From Bacteroidales bacterium (GTDB taxonomy: Bacteria > Bacteroidota > Bacteroidia > Bacteroidales > UBA10428): DNA of 64,000 nucleotides. The stretch spans positions 983 to 64,982 of the forward strand of contig JAFGPL010000244.1 in NCBI GenBank assembly GCA_016936215.1, given 5' to 3'. The first letter of the stretch is position 1; each line of letters starts with the position of its first letter. The notes beneath the pieces were generated by a model. The model was not told the origin of the DNA and ran no database searches. It saw only the letters and a program-made list of their open reading frames with translations. The translations under genes were made by a program, and so were the position numbers. This document shows, in pieces, positions 47,009 to 57,116 of this stretch.

Positions 47009-49120
47009 ATGAAATATCTGCACCAACATAATAACATTGAAATCCATTTCAGAAAATGGTCTAGAAAAAAACATGGCGTTTTTACAAGCCTTAAAAAGGA
47101 AATAAAAATTTGCACACTGCTGGTAACATACACCATACTTACGTATAAGGGCCCGGTGGCTGCACAGTCCGATACCATTATTCTACCTTTAAAAATAGAC
47201 GTTGAAGAAGTTGAAGTTATCGGTCAACGGGCGCCGGGTATATACCCCAATGTGGCACGGGTTATTTCTGTAATCCCTTATGCTGAATTGAGTTCAGCGC
47301 CTGCGCGGTCGCCCGCCGATCTTCTTGAATTCTTGCCCGGTACCGACATCAGGCAAAGAGGAAATTTCGGGGTGCAGGCCGACCTGGGTATGCGGGGAGG
47401 GTCTTTCGACCAGGCCCTCGTCCTCATTAACGGCATACCCTTCAACGATCCGCAAACAGGTCACCATAATCTTAACTTACCCATACCATATAACGCAATT
47501 AACAAAATCGAAATACTCGAAGGCCCCGGCTCGAGGGTATACGGTGCCAATGCCTTTAGCGGGGCTGTAAATATAATAACAGGCATGACCGAAGAAGACC
47601 AGCTCGGTTTATTGATTACTGCCGGGCAACACGGCTTTTATTCAGCGGCAACTACCCTGGGATACAAATCGGGTAAATTATCCAGTTTCATTTCAGTTTC
47701 GGGAAGGGGCTCGGTTGGGTATGCCGATAATACCGATTTTTATGATTACAGTGGTTATTACAAGGCTGACTATAAGCTTTCCTCAGGTATTTTTGAACTT
47801 CAGGCCGGATACAGCAAAAAGGCCTTTGGCGCCAACAGTTTTTACACAGCCCGTTACCCTGAACAATATGAACAGGTAAAAAGCAAATTTTTTGCGTTGA
47901 AATTTAATTTGGATAAAAAAATCAAATCGAAATATTACATTGCCTGGCGGAGGCACAACGACCGCTTTGAGCTTTTCAGGGAAGACAGATACCGGTTTTT
48001 GAACGGTTTTTTTGTCAACGGTCATGATACAGCAGTGTATATACCAGGTATCTATGAAGACCATAATTACTATTCAGGCCATAATTACCATCTTTCAGAT
48101 GTTGTGGCAGCAGGTGTTAATATCACATTAAATACACGTGCCGGCAGTTCATCATTTGGCATGGAATATAAATATGACCGCATCTTAAGCAATGTGCTCG
48201 GAAATGAACTCAAAAGGGTAATTGAAGTGCGGGGTGAGGCAAGAGGGGTATTCAGCAGGGGCGATAGCAGGGATGTTTTCAACTTTTTTGCAGAACACGT
48301 AATTAAACTTAAAACTTTTTATTTATCAGGAGGGGCACTTTGTTTTGTCCATAATTTTAACACCATGAATGTTTTTACCGGAGCCGAAGCCGGAAAAAGA
48401 TTTGGTGCGCACGGCAGACTGTTTGTTTCTGTAAACCAGTCGCTGCGTATGCCTACATATACCGACCTCTATTACAACGGTCCTTCAAATACCGGTAATC
48501 CGGGTTTGAAACCCGAAAAAGCTGTCACCATGGAAGGGGGTTACAAGTTAAACCTTCCGGCAGTTAGCATTCAGGCAACTGTCTTTCACCGTGCGGGCAA
48601 TGATATTATAGACTGGGTAAAAGCCCCCGGTGAGGCAAAATACACCACGATGAACCACACTGGTCTCAATACCTCGGGAATACAATTGAGTGCAGGGTAT
48701 AACAACCGTAATAATGTATCGCGGGTAAACTGGTTGAAGTATTATTACCTTGATTACAGTTACCTGTCAACTGATAAAAACAGCAACGAATATATTTCTG
48801 CCTATGCCCTCGATTATCTGAAACATAAATTTACGGCAAGGTTTAGCCATAAAGTATATAAATCGCTTGAAATGACATGGAACCTCACGTGGCAGGACAG
48901 AAACGGAACATTTACCGATAAAGATATGTCTGAACAAGCCTATAAGCCTTTCTTTTTGCTTAACGCGAGGTTTCAGCTTAATTTGAAGGACGGCGAAGCC
49001 TACCTCGAAGGTTCTAACCTGTTAAATGCTAAATACCGTGATTTTGGCAGTGTTGTGCAGCCCGGTGTATGGATATTTGCCGGGGTTAATATGCATTTAA
49101 ACCTGCATGGGCTGAAATAA
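47009..49120 (+). CDS. TonB-dependent outer membrane receptor
   Basis: Plug domain motifs (DLLEFLPGTDIRQRG, MRGGSFDQALVLINGIPFNDPQTGH, IEILEGPGSRVYGANAFSGAVNIIT) followed by a long beta-barrel. Confidence 0.88.
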   Translation: MKYLHQHNNIEIHFRKWSRKKHGVFTSLKKEIKICTLLVTYTILTYKGPVAAQSDTIILPLKIDVEEVEVIGQRAPGIYPNVARVISVIPYAELSSAPARSPADLLEFLPGTDIRQRGNFGVQADLGMRGGSFDQALVLINGIPFNDPQTGHHNLNLPIPYNAINKIEILEGPGSRVYGANAFSGAVNIITGMTEEDQLGLLITAGQHGFYSAATTLGYKSGKLSSFISVSGRGSVGYADNTDFYDYSGYYKADYKLSSGIFELQAGYSKKAFGANSFYTARYPEQYEQVKSKFFALKFNLDKKIKSKYYIAWRRHNDRFELFREDRYRFLNGFFVNGHDTAVYIPGIYEDHNYYSGHNYHLSDVVAAGVNITLNTRAGSSSFGMEYKYDRILSNVLGNELKRVIEVRGEARGVFSRGDSRDVFNFFAEHVIKLKTFYLSGGALCFVHNFNTMNVFTGAEAGKRFGAHGRLFVSVNQSLRMPTYTDLYYNGPSNTGNPGLKPEKAVTMEGGYKLNLPAVSIQATVFHRAGNDIIDWVKAPGEAKYTTMNHTGLNTSGIQLSAGYNNRNNVSRVNWLKYYYLDYSYLSTDKNSNEYISAYALDYLKHKFTARFSHKVYKSLEMTWNLTWQDRNGTFTDKDMSEQAYKPFFLLNARFQLNLKDGEAYLEGSNLLNAKYRDFGSVVQPGVWIFAGVNMHLNLHGLK

Positions 49121-49121
49121 A

Positions 49122-49208
49122 TAGTGTTTGTCCATAAAGTTGTGTGGCTGTTCTTTAAAGTTCGTAGACGAGCGCAACGAAGTATGAGGACTTTAAAGAC
49201 AGACACTA
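49122..49208. repeat. MITE-like palindromic element, short copy (87 nt, TA-flanked)
   Basis: TA|GTGTTTGTCCATAAAGT...ACTTTAAAGACAGACAC|TA. Imperfect ~19-nt terminal inverted repeats. Inverted relative to the copy at 19434..19580. Confidence 0.8.
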
Positions 49209-49321
49209 AATATATTGCAGATTAACATTTTCTATGTAAATTGCTTCACATTGTGTAAAATCACATTTTATAACAACTCATGCAGCGTTGTAATAATCGT
49301 TTCGTCTTTTAAACAACATTT

Positions 49322-49897
49322 ATGAATTTCAGGGAGGGGCAACGCCAGAATATTCACCGGCATCTGATTGAAAGGTGCAGGAAGCAGGACCAGGCTGCTC
49401 AGTTCGAAATTTACAAGTTGTATTATAAAGCTATGTATAATACCGCGCTCCGGATGGTCAACAACCCTGCAGATGCCGAAGATATTATGCAGGAATCCTT
49501 CCTGCAGGCATTCACAAAGATAAACACCTACAAAGGGGAGGTGGATTTTGGTGCCTGGCTGAAAAAAATTGTTATCAATAAATCCATTGACCTGCTGCGC
49601 AGCAGAAAAGCAATCTTTGAAGTTATTGATGACACGGTAAAAAATTACGAAACTGAAGAATATTCTTTAGAAAATGAAGAGGAGATAATCGGGGAGGTAA
49701 ACAGGATTAAACAAGCCATAGCAGGTTTAGCCGACGGATATCGTGTGGTTTTATCGCTTTACCTTATTGAGGGTTACGATCATGAAGAAATAGGACAGAT
49801 ACTTAAAATCACCCCATCTGGTTCGCGCTCGCAGCTAACAAGGGCAAAACAAAAACTAACGGAGATTTTAAACAAGCAGGAAGATGAAAAAACTTGA
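49322..49897 (+). CDS. ECF-type RNA polymerase sigma-70 factor
   Basis: Region 2 DAEDIMQESFLQAF. Region 4 HTH GYDHEEIGQILKITPSGSRSQLTRAKQKL. Confidence 0.9.
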   Translation: MNFREGQRQNIHRHLIERCRKQDQAAQFEIYKLYYKAMYNTALRMVNNPADAEDIMQESFLQAFTKINTYKGEVDFGAWLKKIVINKSIDLLRSRKAIFEVIDDTVKNYETEEYSLENEEEIIGEVNRIKQAIAGLADGYRVVLSLYLIEGYDHEEIGQILKITPSGSRSQLTRAKQKLTEILNKQEDEKT

Positions 49898-50399
49898 GGA
49901 AATATTCAGGGATAACCGCGAATTATTCGATTCGGGGGAGCCATCTGCAAACCATTTCAATAAGTTTTTAGAAAAACTTGATGCGCAGCAGACAGGGCTA
50001 AAGAGAGAGCGATGGATCAGGAGGCTTGTGCATGTTGCAGCCGTCGCTGCTGTTATTTTGCTGGTTGTATCTGTTGTGATGCTGCATAAGACCCCTCCGG
50101 TTAATAAACAGGTAGCCGGCACAGTCTCGCAGGAGGTACAGGAAATCAATACCTATTACAGAAACCTGGTAAATTTGAATATTCAGGAACTTAACGAGGT
50201 ATTAGCCAAATGTCCATCTCAGAAAAAAGATTTCCAGTCCTGTTTCAGGGAACTGGAGAAATCAATCGAATCAATTTTAAACGACCTGGAAGAAAACCCC
50301 CGCGACGAAAGAGTGATCAGTGCATTGGTTTATCATTACCAGCTTAAACTTGAGATTATCGAAAGTACAATGAATTACGCGAACGAAAAATGTATATAA
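49884..50399 (+). CDS. Putative anti-sigma factor (single-pass membrane protein)
   Basis: Overlaps the sigma gene by 14 nt. One TM helix LVHVAAVAAVILLVVSVVML. Helical C-terminal domain. Confidence 0.7.
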   Translation: MKKLEEIFRDNRELFDSGEPSANHFNKFLEKLDAQQTGLKRERWIRRLVHVAAVAAVILLVVSVVMLHKTPPVNKQVAGTVSQEVQEINTYYRNLVNLNIQELNEVLAKCPSQKKDFQSCFRELEKSIESILNDLEENPRDERVISALVYHYQLKLEIIESTMNYANEKCI

Positions 50400-50416
50400 A
50401 TTATAATATCACAGCA

Positions 50417-51499
50417 ATGAGAAATTTTAATTATAAATATCACTTAGCAGTTCTCTTTCTGCAGGTTTTGCTTCTTGCTTCTGTTTTTGCAAATGATGAC
50501 GGGTACAAAAAAAAGTACAAAAGGGAATACAATGTGCAGCCTGGCACCCAGTTGCAAATTGAAAACAAATATGGCAATGTGGATATTAAAAACTGGGACA
50601 GAAAAATGATTTCGGTGGAGGTAACCATTACTGTAGGAGGAAGCAATGAAGAAAAAGCACAAAATCTGTTCGACCAGATAGATATTCAATTTTCTGAACT
50701 TGGAAATATCATAAGTGTTAAGACCGAATTTCAGGAAGATTTTGGAAAGCTGTTTCAGCAAAATTCAGGTAAACTGATTGATATTTCATATTCTGTGATG
50801 ATGCCTGCCACTATACCCTTGCAACTTGAAAACAAATACGGAAATGTGTATATTAACGAACTTCACTCCACTTCGACTATTGATATAAAATATGGGAATT
50901 TAAAAGCCAACAGGCTGCTGCATAATGGTGAAAAACCGCTTATGCAAGTAAACCTAGCATATTCATCAAACACAAGCATACAGGAGGCTGTGTGGATAAA
51001 ATTCGATATAAAATACTCAAATGTTGAGGTAGAGGATTCGAAAGCCCTTGTCATTCTTAGCAAATACTCCAAGGTGTTTGTTACCAACGGTACTTCCATT
51101 GTCTCTGAATCAAAATATGACACTTACAGGCTTGGAAAGCTTACGAACCTGGTAACAACAGCCGGATATACCAATTTTAAGGTACAGGAAATAACCGAAA
51201 AACTGGTTGCAGAAACCAAATACAGCGACTTTGTTGCATATAAAATACCAGCAACATTTGAGGGTATTAAAGTAATCAGCAGCTATGGTAATTATACACT
51301 GGCAGTTGAACAGGGGGCCTCCTATCACATTGACGGCTTTGCCAAATATGCAAAAATTACCATTCCTGATAATGCCCGCGTGAACAGGTTTAACGAAAAC
51401 AATGAGCAGAAAATTAACGGATTGGTAGGAAACAACAGCAATACAAGAGCAAAGGTATATATCAGCACCAATTACGGAGGGGTAAAACTTACCGAATAA
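50417..51499 (+). CDS. Secreted beta-strand repeat protein (DUF4097/putative adhesin-like)
   Basis: ATG at 50417 gives MRNFNYKYHLAVLFLQVLLLASVFA. About nine repeats of the motif (E/S/T)(N/K)YG(N)V.(I/L), for example ENKYGNVDI, ENKYGNVYI, IKYGNLKA, TNYGGVKL. Confidence 0.75.
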   Translation: MRNFNYKYHLAVLFLQVLLLASVFANDDGYKKKYKREYNVQPGTQLQIENKYGNVDIKNWDRKMISVEVTITVGGSNEEKAQNLFDQIDIQFSELGNIISVKTEFQEDFGKLFQQNSGKLIDISYSVMMPATIPLQLENKYGNVYINELHSTSTIDIKYGNLKANRLLHNGEKPLMQVNLAYSSNTSIQEAVWIKFDIKYSNVEVEDSKALVILSKYSKVFVTNGTSIVSESKYDTYRLGKLTNLVTTAGYTNFKVQEITEKLVAETKYSDFVAYKIPATFEGIKVISSYGNYTLAVEQGASYHIDGFAKYAKITIPDNARVNRFNENNEQKINGLVGNNSNTRAKVYISTNYGGVKLTE

Positions 51500-51511
51500 T
51501 TGAACAAAGGC

Positions 51512-52330
51512 TTATACCCTGTTATTCTTTGCGATAAACCACGGATTTTTAAGATCGGGCTTGTTATAGCTTAGTGGTAAACCGGTCAGGGCATCATTCA
51601 CATGGAAACCCAGTTCATTCATTATTGCATGCCCGGCAGCAGTGTCCCATTCCATAGTGGGGCCGAACCGCGGGTAAACATCTGCTGCACCCTCGGCTAT
51701 AAGACCGAATTTAAGGGCGCTGCCCATGGAAATTACTTTCACAGTCAATGTCTTTTTTTTCAGTTCGGTAATATAATCCTTTAATTGTGACGACTTGTGG
51801 CTTTTACTTGCTATCACCACCATATCTCTTCTCTGGGTTGTGCCGTGAAGTCTTTCGGCTTTTCCGGCTATTTCGGTCATGCTTTCAGCAGCATGGTCAT
51901 CAACGGTATCCAGGTAAACCTTAAAAACACCCTTACCCGGCAACGAATAATAGAGTATGCGGGTTACGGGTGCAAAAATTATACCGGCAACCGGCGTGTA
52001 TTCATTCATGAGCGCTATATTGACTGAAAACTCATCATTTCGTTTGATAAATTCTTTAGTGCCGTCGAGCGGATCAACGAGCCAGTATTTTTTCCAGAGT
52101 TTTCTTTGTGAGAAATGGATATTCGCCGCCTCCTCACTTAAAACGGGAAGCCTTGTTGCTGCCAGGCTTTTTTGAAGTACGTTGTTTGATTCAATGTCAG
52201 CAATGGTAACCGGTGTAGCATCATTTTTTTGTTCGATGCCGAAATTTCCGGAATGATAAACCCTGATGATTTGTTTACCTGCCTCGATAGCTGCATTAAT
52301 TGCAATATGTAAAATAATCCCGGTATTCAT
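51512..52330 (-). CDS. cysQ: 3'(2'),5'-bisphosphate nucleotidase (inositol monophosphatase family)
   Basis: LSEE, WLVDPLDGTKEFI and WDTAAGHAI motifs. 272 aa. Confidence 0.85.
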   Translation of the reverse strand: MNTGIILHIAINAAIEAGKQIIRVYHSGNFGIEQKNDATPVTIADIESNNVLQKSLAATRLPVLSEEAANIHFSQRKLWKKYWLVDPLDGTKEFIKRNDEFSVNIALMNEYTPVAGIIFAPVTRILYYSLPGKGVFKVYLDTVDDHAAESMTEIAGKAERLHGTTQRRDMVVIASKSHKSSQLKDYITELKKKTLTVKVISMGSALKFGLIAEGAADVYPRFGPTMEWDTAAGHAIMNELGFHVNDALTGLPLSYNKPDLKNPWFIAKNNRV

Positions 52331-52342
52331 GTTGTGCTGTTT

Positions 52343-54121
52343 TCAAAAATAAACAAGCGATAGAATAGCCACGGTTACAATCATATAAATAATGGTGATT
52401 GGGAACCCTATTCTGAAGAAATCTTTGAAAGAGTAACTGCCCGGGCCATAAACCATCAGGTTGGTCTGGTAGCCTATGGGGGTCATGAAATTGGCAGCAG
52501 CAGCATAAGCCACCGTGAGCACAAAGGGCAACGGGTTCAGCTCGAGGTTATGCCCTATGGTAAGCGCTATAGGAAAGATAATACCCACGGCAGCCTTATT
52601 GGTGATATATGCCGCCAGAATGGTAGTAATAAAGTAAATACCGAACAACAACCCCACTTTGCCCATTGGCATAAATATGTTTATAAGAAAATCGGCAATC
52701 AAAACAGCGGCGCCCGATTTGATCATGGCAGTACCCAGAGCAAGCGACATAACAATAATAAGGGCAAGGTTGTAATCAATGCTGTGTGGCAGTTCTTTGG
52801 GTGTAGTTATTTTCATAGACATGGCGACCAACAGCAGGATGATGAGGGCCATAAACAAAGAGGTGACATGCAGCGCCGAAAGCAAAATGGCAAGTAAGGT
52901 GCCGCCAAAAAGGGTAGCAATCTTCCACCATTCAAGCTTGGTGTAATGCCTTACCCTGGTCATGAAATAAAAATCTCTTGAGTCGGAGGTACGGCTGTTA
53001 AAATCTTCACCCGCGAAAAGAAGGAGTACGTCCCCTGCTTTTAGTTCAATATGGTCTATTTTACCTTCTATCGTTTCGCCATTGCGGTGAACAGCAATTA
53101 CAGCCGCGTCATATTTTCCCCTGAAATTTATCTCGCGAACGGTTTTGTTTATGATCGAAGAATTCTGGCTGACGATAATCTCGACCACTTCGGTACGTTT
53201 CATTTTAGACATCATGCCTACCTGTGGGAGCACCAGACCGGAATTTGAACCTATAAGCTCTGCAATGTCATCTGTTTCGCCCGCGAATAGAAGCACATCA
53301 TTTTTTTCAATAATAAGGTCGTTTGCCACGGGTGAAACACGAAAAGAATCGCGTACCATTTCTATCAGGTACAATCCCCTGAGGTCTTTCAGCCCTGACT
53401 CCTGTATGGTTTTCCCCATAAGGTCGGAATTATTTCTTACCCTGGCTTCAATAATATATTGTCGCGAACTTCCGGTATATTTCTCATAGATGGGGGCCCT
53501 CGAAGGCAGTATTTTGTCACTGAAGAATAACAGGTAAAGATAACCAATGATGACCATAGGCACTCCAACCCACACAAAATCAAACATCTGCAGCGAACTA
53601 ATCTCAGGGGCTATAGTTTGTTCTGCCACCATACCATTCACAATTAGGTTGGTAGATGTGCCGATGAGTGTAACCTGCCCGCCCAGTATCGCGGCATACG
53701 ACAATGGGATCAGGAATTTAGAAGGTGAAATGTTGTTTCGTTTGCACCAGCTATTAACATAGGGCATCATAATGGCTACCAGCGGGGTGTTGTTGAGGAA
53801 GGCTGAAAATCCGGCAACAATCAATGTCATCCTGCTTAAGAAACCTTTGTAGTTCTTTGCTTTCCTGAACAAACGATCGAATAGGTTTTCTATCACCTCC
53901 GTTTTTCGGATGATATCCCCAAGCAATAGAAGCATGATTACCACGGCCACCTGCTCGTTGGCAAAACCACTGATTATTTCATGGGGAGTGAGGATACCAA
54001 ATACACCCAGCACAATAATTGCTATAAGGAATGTGAATGATGCCCCAAGCAGATCATTATAAAGTGAGATGAGGATAAAGGTTATAACGATGAAAACCAA
54101 TATGAGATCAAAACTCACCAT
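52343..54121 (-). CDS. SLC13/DASS-family anion permease with two central TrkA-C domains
   Basis: N- and C-terminal polytopic halves flank two RCK_C-like segments (GKTIQESGL...DVLLFAG and NKTVREINF...GDVLLLFAG). Confidence 0.85.
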   Translation of the reverse strand: MVSFDLILVFIVITFILISLYNDLLGASFTFLIAIIVLGVFGILTPHEIISGFANEQVAVVIMLLLLGDIIRKTEVIENLFDRLFRKAKNYKGFLSRMTLIVAGFSAFLNNTPLVAIMMPYVNSWCKRNNISPSKFLIPLSYAAILGGQVTLIGTSTNLIVNGMVAEQTIAPEISSLQMFDFVWVGVPMVIIGYLYLLFFSDKILPSRAPIYEKYTGSSRQYIIEARVRNNSDLMGKTIQESGLKDLRGLYLIEMVRDSFRVSPVANDLIIEKNDVLLFAGETDDIAELIGSNSGLVLPQVGMMSKMKRTEVVEIIVSQNSSIINKTVREINFRGKYDAAVIAVHRNGETIEGKIDHIELKAGDVLLLFAGEDFNSRTSDSRDFYFMTRVRHYTKLEWWKIATLFGGTLLAILLSALHVTSLFMALIILLLVAMSMKITTPKELPHSIDYNLALIIVMSLALGTAMIKSGAAVLIADFLINIFMPMGKVGLLFGIYFITTILAAYITNKAAVGIIFPIALTIGHNLELNPLPFVLTVAYAAAANFMTPIGYQTNLMVYGPGSYSFKDFFRIGFPITIIYMIVTVAILSLVYF

Positions 54122-54308
54122 AAATTTCAGGGGCGATCAGGGTGTTAAGTATTTTATCATTTTTTGCGAACCGACAGTGTCTTTTTCGCATTGACGAAAG
54201 TAAAAAATAAAACTTCATAAAAAAAATATTATCCGCCTTCAACAGATAAATAGTCTTTTCAAAAAAGGTTTATATCAAAATGCAATTTTTGAAACAAATT
54301 ATTTTAGA

Positions 54309-55658
54309 TTACTCCTGTATGCCAGATGGATTAAAATACCTTTCAGCAAACCTGATAAAAAAAGGCCAGTTAGGGCCAAGGGTGTGGCCGCCTGTGTGCA
54401 TCCTGAAAGCCAGTTCCCCATCACAGCAGCTTACTCCAGGCCCGGGCATTTCGGAGGTGTTCAGCCCTTTTTTACCATAAAGTTCATATACTGGTCCGGC
54501 ATGCAGTGTGGCAATGAACATTCCTTTGGCGTCAATCCAGTGTCCTTCAACGTCGGGTGAGCCGCTGCTTATAAAGACAGGTCTGGGAGCACACAGGGCA
54601 ATCAGCTCGTGGGCATCTACTGGCAGGTCGTTTGGTGTCAGGGGCCCGGCATATTTGATAAAATTTGGGGCAAACCAATGATATTCACCGGATGAAGCAA
54701 GGTTTTCTACCTGCTCGCCGTAAATACGCCGCAATATTTTAGCGCCCCCTGCTCCCGAAGAGCCAATAAAACCTGCGGCGATTCGAGGTTCGTAAGCCAT
54801 TGCCACCAAAGCGGCTTTTCCATATCTCGACAACCCTGCTATGGCCACCCTGTTTTCATCTACCTGCAGTTCGGTGCCGAAATAATCCATTGCCTGCTGG
54901 GCGCCCCATGCCCAGGCGCGCAGTGACCCCCAGTCATCAGGTTTCCGCGGTTGCCCTTTGTTCACCAGGCCGATGATGCCCGATCGCAAGCCGGCCCCGT
55001 TATCTGCCTGGTAACTCACAGGTATTAGTATGGCATAGCCCCATCCCTTGGCGAGTAATTGTTCCTGCCATGAAGGGCCTTCTGAGGGCGGCATCTTCCA
55101 GCCTGCCGGCAACCTCCATCCAAATTCCATTACTACAGGAACAGCATGTTTAATGTCAGAGGGTGTAACAACAGTGAGGTCAATTTCGACCTTTATTCCA
55201 GGATATGCTGAATGATCGGCGATACCCCGGAGTGTTTTCATTCGAACCTTAAAAATGCCTTCTGTAGTGTCTTTATCGGCAATAACCTTCCATTCCACAG
55301 CAGGCATATTATCAGACAAACGGCCATAAACTTCGCGGTCGAAATCTTCAAATATTTCTTTCCTGCGCTGTTCCCATTGTGAAATGGTGGTCACCGGTCT
55401 GCCGTTGTTAAATATTAGCGGGTCGGGAAGGGAGGTATAGGGTGAAGCCTTGCTTTCATCCCTGTTGGCAGCATTGGGGGCGTTAGGATCGCCGGAGGGG
55501 CCGGGGCGCAGTTCCGAAATGCCGAGCATTTGCATCATTAACCGGTGGTCTTCATAATTAAGCCGGTTGATACTATCCCTGGTACGTTGCGAAAACTGGG
55601 CAAATGCAGTGTTCAGGACAAAAAGTCCCGTTAGGGCAAAGAATAAATAAGACCTCAT
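54309..55658 (-). CDS. Secreted alpha/beta hydrolase, CE15 glucuronoyl-esterase-like
   Basis: Signal peptide. Nucleophile motif GLSRYGKAAL (CE15 G-x-S-R-x-G-K pattern). C-terminal HTGGH. Confidence 0.6.
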   Translation of the reverse strand: MRSYLFFALTGLFVLNTAFAQFSQRTRDSINRLNYEDHRLMMQMLGISELRPGPSGDPNAPNAANRDESKASPYTSLPDPLIFNNGRPVTTISQWEQRRKEIFEDFDREVYGRLSDNMPAVEWKVIADKDTTEGIFKVRMKTLRGIADHSAYPGIKVEIDLTVVTPSDIKHAVPVVMEFGWRLPAGWKMPPSEGPSWQEQLLAKGWGYAILIPVSYQADNGAGLRSGIIGLVNKGQPRKPDDWGSLRAWAWGAQQAMDYFGTELQVDENRVAIAGLSRYGKAALVAMAYEPRIAAGFIGSSGAGGAKILRRIYGEQVENLASSGEYHWFAPNFIKYAGPLTPNDLPVDAHELIALCAPRPVFISSGSPDVEGHWIDAKGMFIATLHAGPVYELYGKKGLNTSEMPGPGVSCCDGELAFRMHTGGHTLGPNWPFFIRFAERYFNPSGIQE

Positions 55659-55694
55659 GGCTATATAAAGTTAATGGTTGCATACAAAAAGGTA

Positions 55695-56936
55695 TTACTT
55701 GCTGAAAAGATGCTTTACGGCATCTTTATGCACCATATAATCCATTATCTTCAGTTTCACATAATCTTCAGAAAAGAAGTAGTATCCGAATTCCGGCGCA
55801 TTTTCATCGTTATTGCGTGAACCTGACCCTGAGTCTTTTACAAGGTACCAGTCGCTGCCGTCTTTTTCAAGATAACCTACAAGGTGCAGCCCGTGGTCGT
55901 CGGTAGTGGTATTATTTGTAAACCTGAACTGGCGGGCATCATCGCTGATAAATGCAGATGGTATGTCAAAATCGGGGACAATGGCGCACTGGGTTTTGCG
56001 GTCGAAACCCGCCTCTGAAACATCCCCGCCGATGAACACTGTGTAGCCGCCGCGCACAGCCTTTTTCAGCGCTTCGATAAATTCAACAAGGGGCACATTA
56101 TAGTAACCCGAATCGTGCCACCAGTTATCGGGTACTTTGTATTCCACGTATTCGTGAAACGGCTCCTGCATGTAAGAGAGAACATCCACGTAATCAGCAG
56201 GGTTGATTTTCAGAACATCGTGCAGGTATTGCTGCGGGGTCATCTTTTTCCCGTCCGCGGTGACTTCAACCGGAGGTTTACCCATGTAATGGTCGAGGAT
56301 CGCTTTGATTGTTTCAAGCGCTTCCTTTTCATTCCATGAAGCATTTGTTTTAAGCGATGCCAGGTAGGTCTTCATTTCGGTTACCATCTCTTCGTGGTTA
56401 TGGTATTTTCTGCCCTGCAGCAACCCGGTATATGCTGATGCAGGAACGATACCGTATTCTTTCCATATCCTCTTTAAGGCATTGGCTTCTGAGCCTTCAT
56501 CAAAAACAGAGTTACCCCTTTGCTGCACATACCTGCGTGCTTTTTCCACATACTCCCAGTAAACCGTGTACATTTCCGACAGTTTCACCTCTTTTTTGTA
56601 AAGCCTGTAAATCTCCGATTCAAAAAACGATGTGGCCGAAAAACTCCAGCAGCTACCGGTATTGCCTTGTGAGATAGGAGGATTGTGCCATTGTTGGTTT
56701 TTATACATTGCTTTTTTGTTTGGCAGGTCTTTCCCGCTCATATCTGCCACCAGCGATTTTTTAACTTCGGCCGGTTTCACCTGCTGTTTCACTTCACGGT
56801 CGTCGCGCAGAATAGAGTTCTGGTAAAAACCGGGTTCGTTCACCCTGAAGGTTGCTTTGTCTTTGTTTTGCGACAAGCCGGACAGGCTTAAGGACAGCCC
56901 CGTAACAACTAATATCATGTAATAATTCTTCCTCAT
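55695..56936 (-). CDS. Secreted papain-like C1 family cysteine peptidase
   Basis: Signal peptide. Catalytic Cys motif QGNTGSCWSFSA. His motif DDHGLHLVGY. Confidence 0.8.
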   Translation of the reverse strand: MRKNYYMILVVTGLSLSLSGLSQNKDKATFRVNEPGFYQNSILRDDREVKQQVKPAEVKKSLVADMSGKDLPNKKAMYKNQQWHNPPISQGNTGSCWSFSATSFFESEIYRLYKKEVKLSEMYTVYWEYVEKARRYVQQRGNSVFDEGSEANALKRIWKEYGIVPASAYTGLLQGRKYHNHEEMVTEMKTYLASLKTNASWNEKEALETIKAILDHYMGKPPVEVTADGKKMTPQQYLHDVLKINPADYVDVLSYMQEPFHEYVEYKVPDNWWHDSGYYNVPLVEFIEALKKAVRGGYTVFIGGDVSEAGFDRKTQCAIVPDFDIPSAFISDDARQFRFTNNTTTDDHGLHLVGYLEKDGSDWYLVKDSGSGSRNNDENAPEFGYYFFSEDYVKLKIMDYMVHKDAVKHLFSK

Positions 56937-57116
56937 GGTATAATTTTTAGGTTTATATATGCACGTATTTGAATGTGAACAAAAACAAATCTAAAATAAA
57001 TAGCATACAAAGACAATGATTATTTACATGATTGAACCCTGATCCTTTTCCCTTATTCATACCCTCCTCTTTATCTTCATGTCTGAAAAAGCTGTGAGCT
57101 TCGGGCTGCGAGCTGC

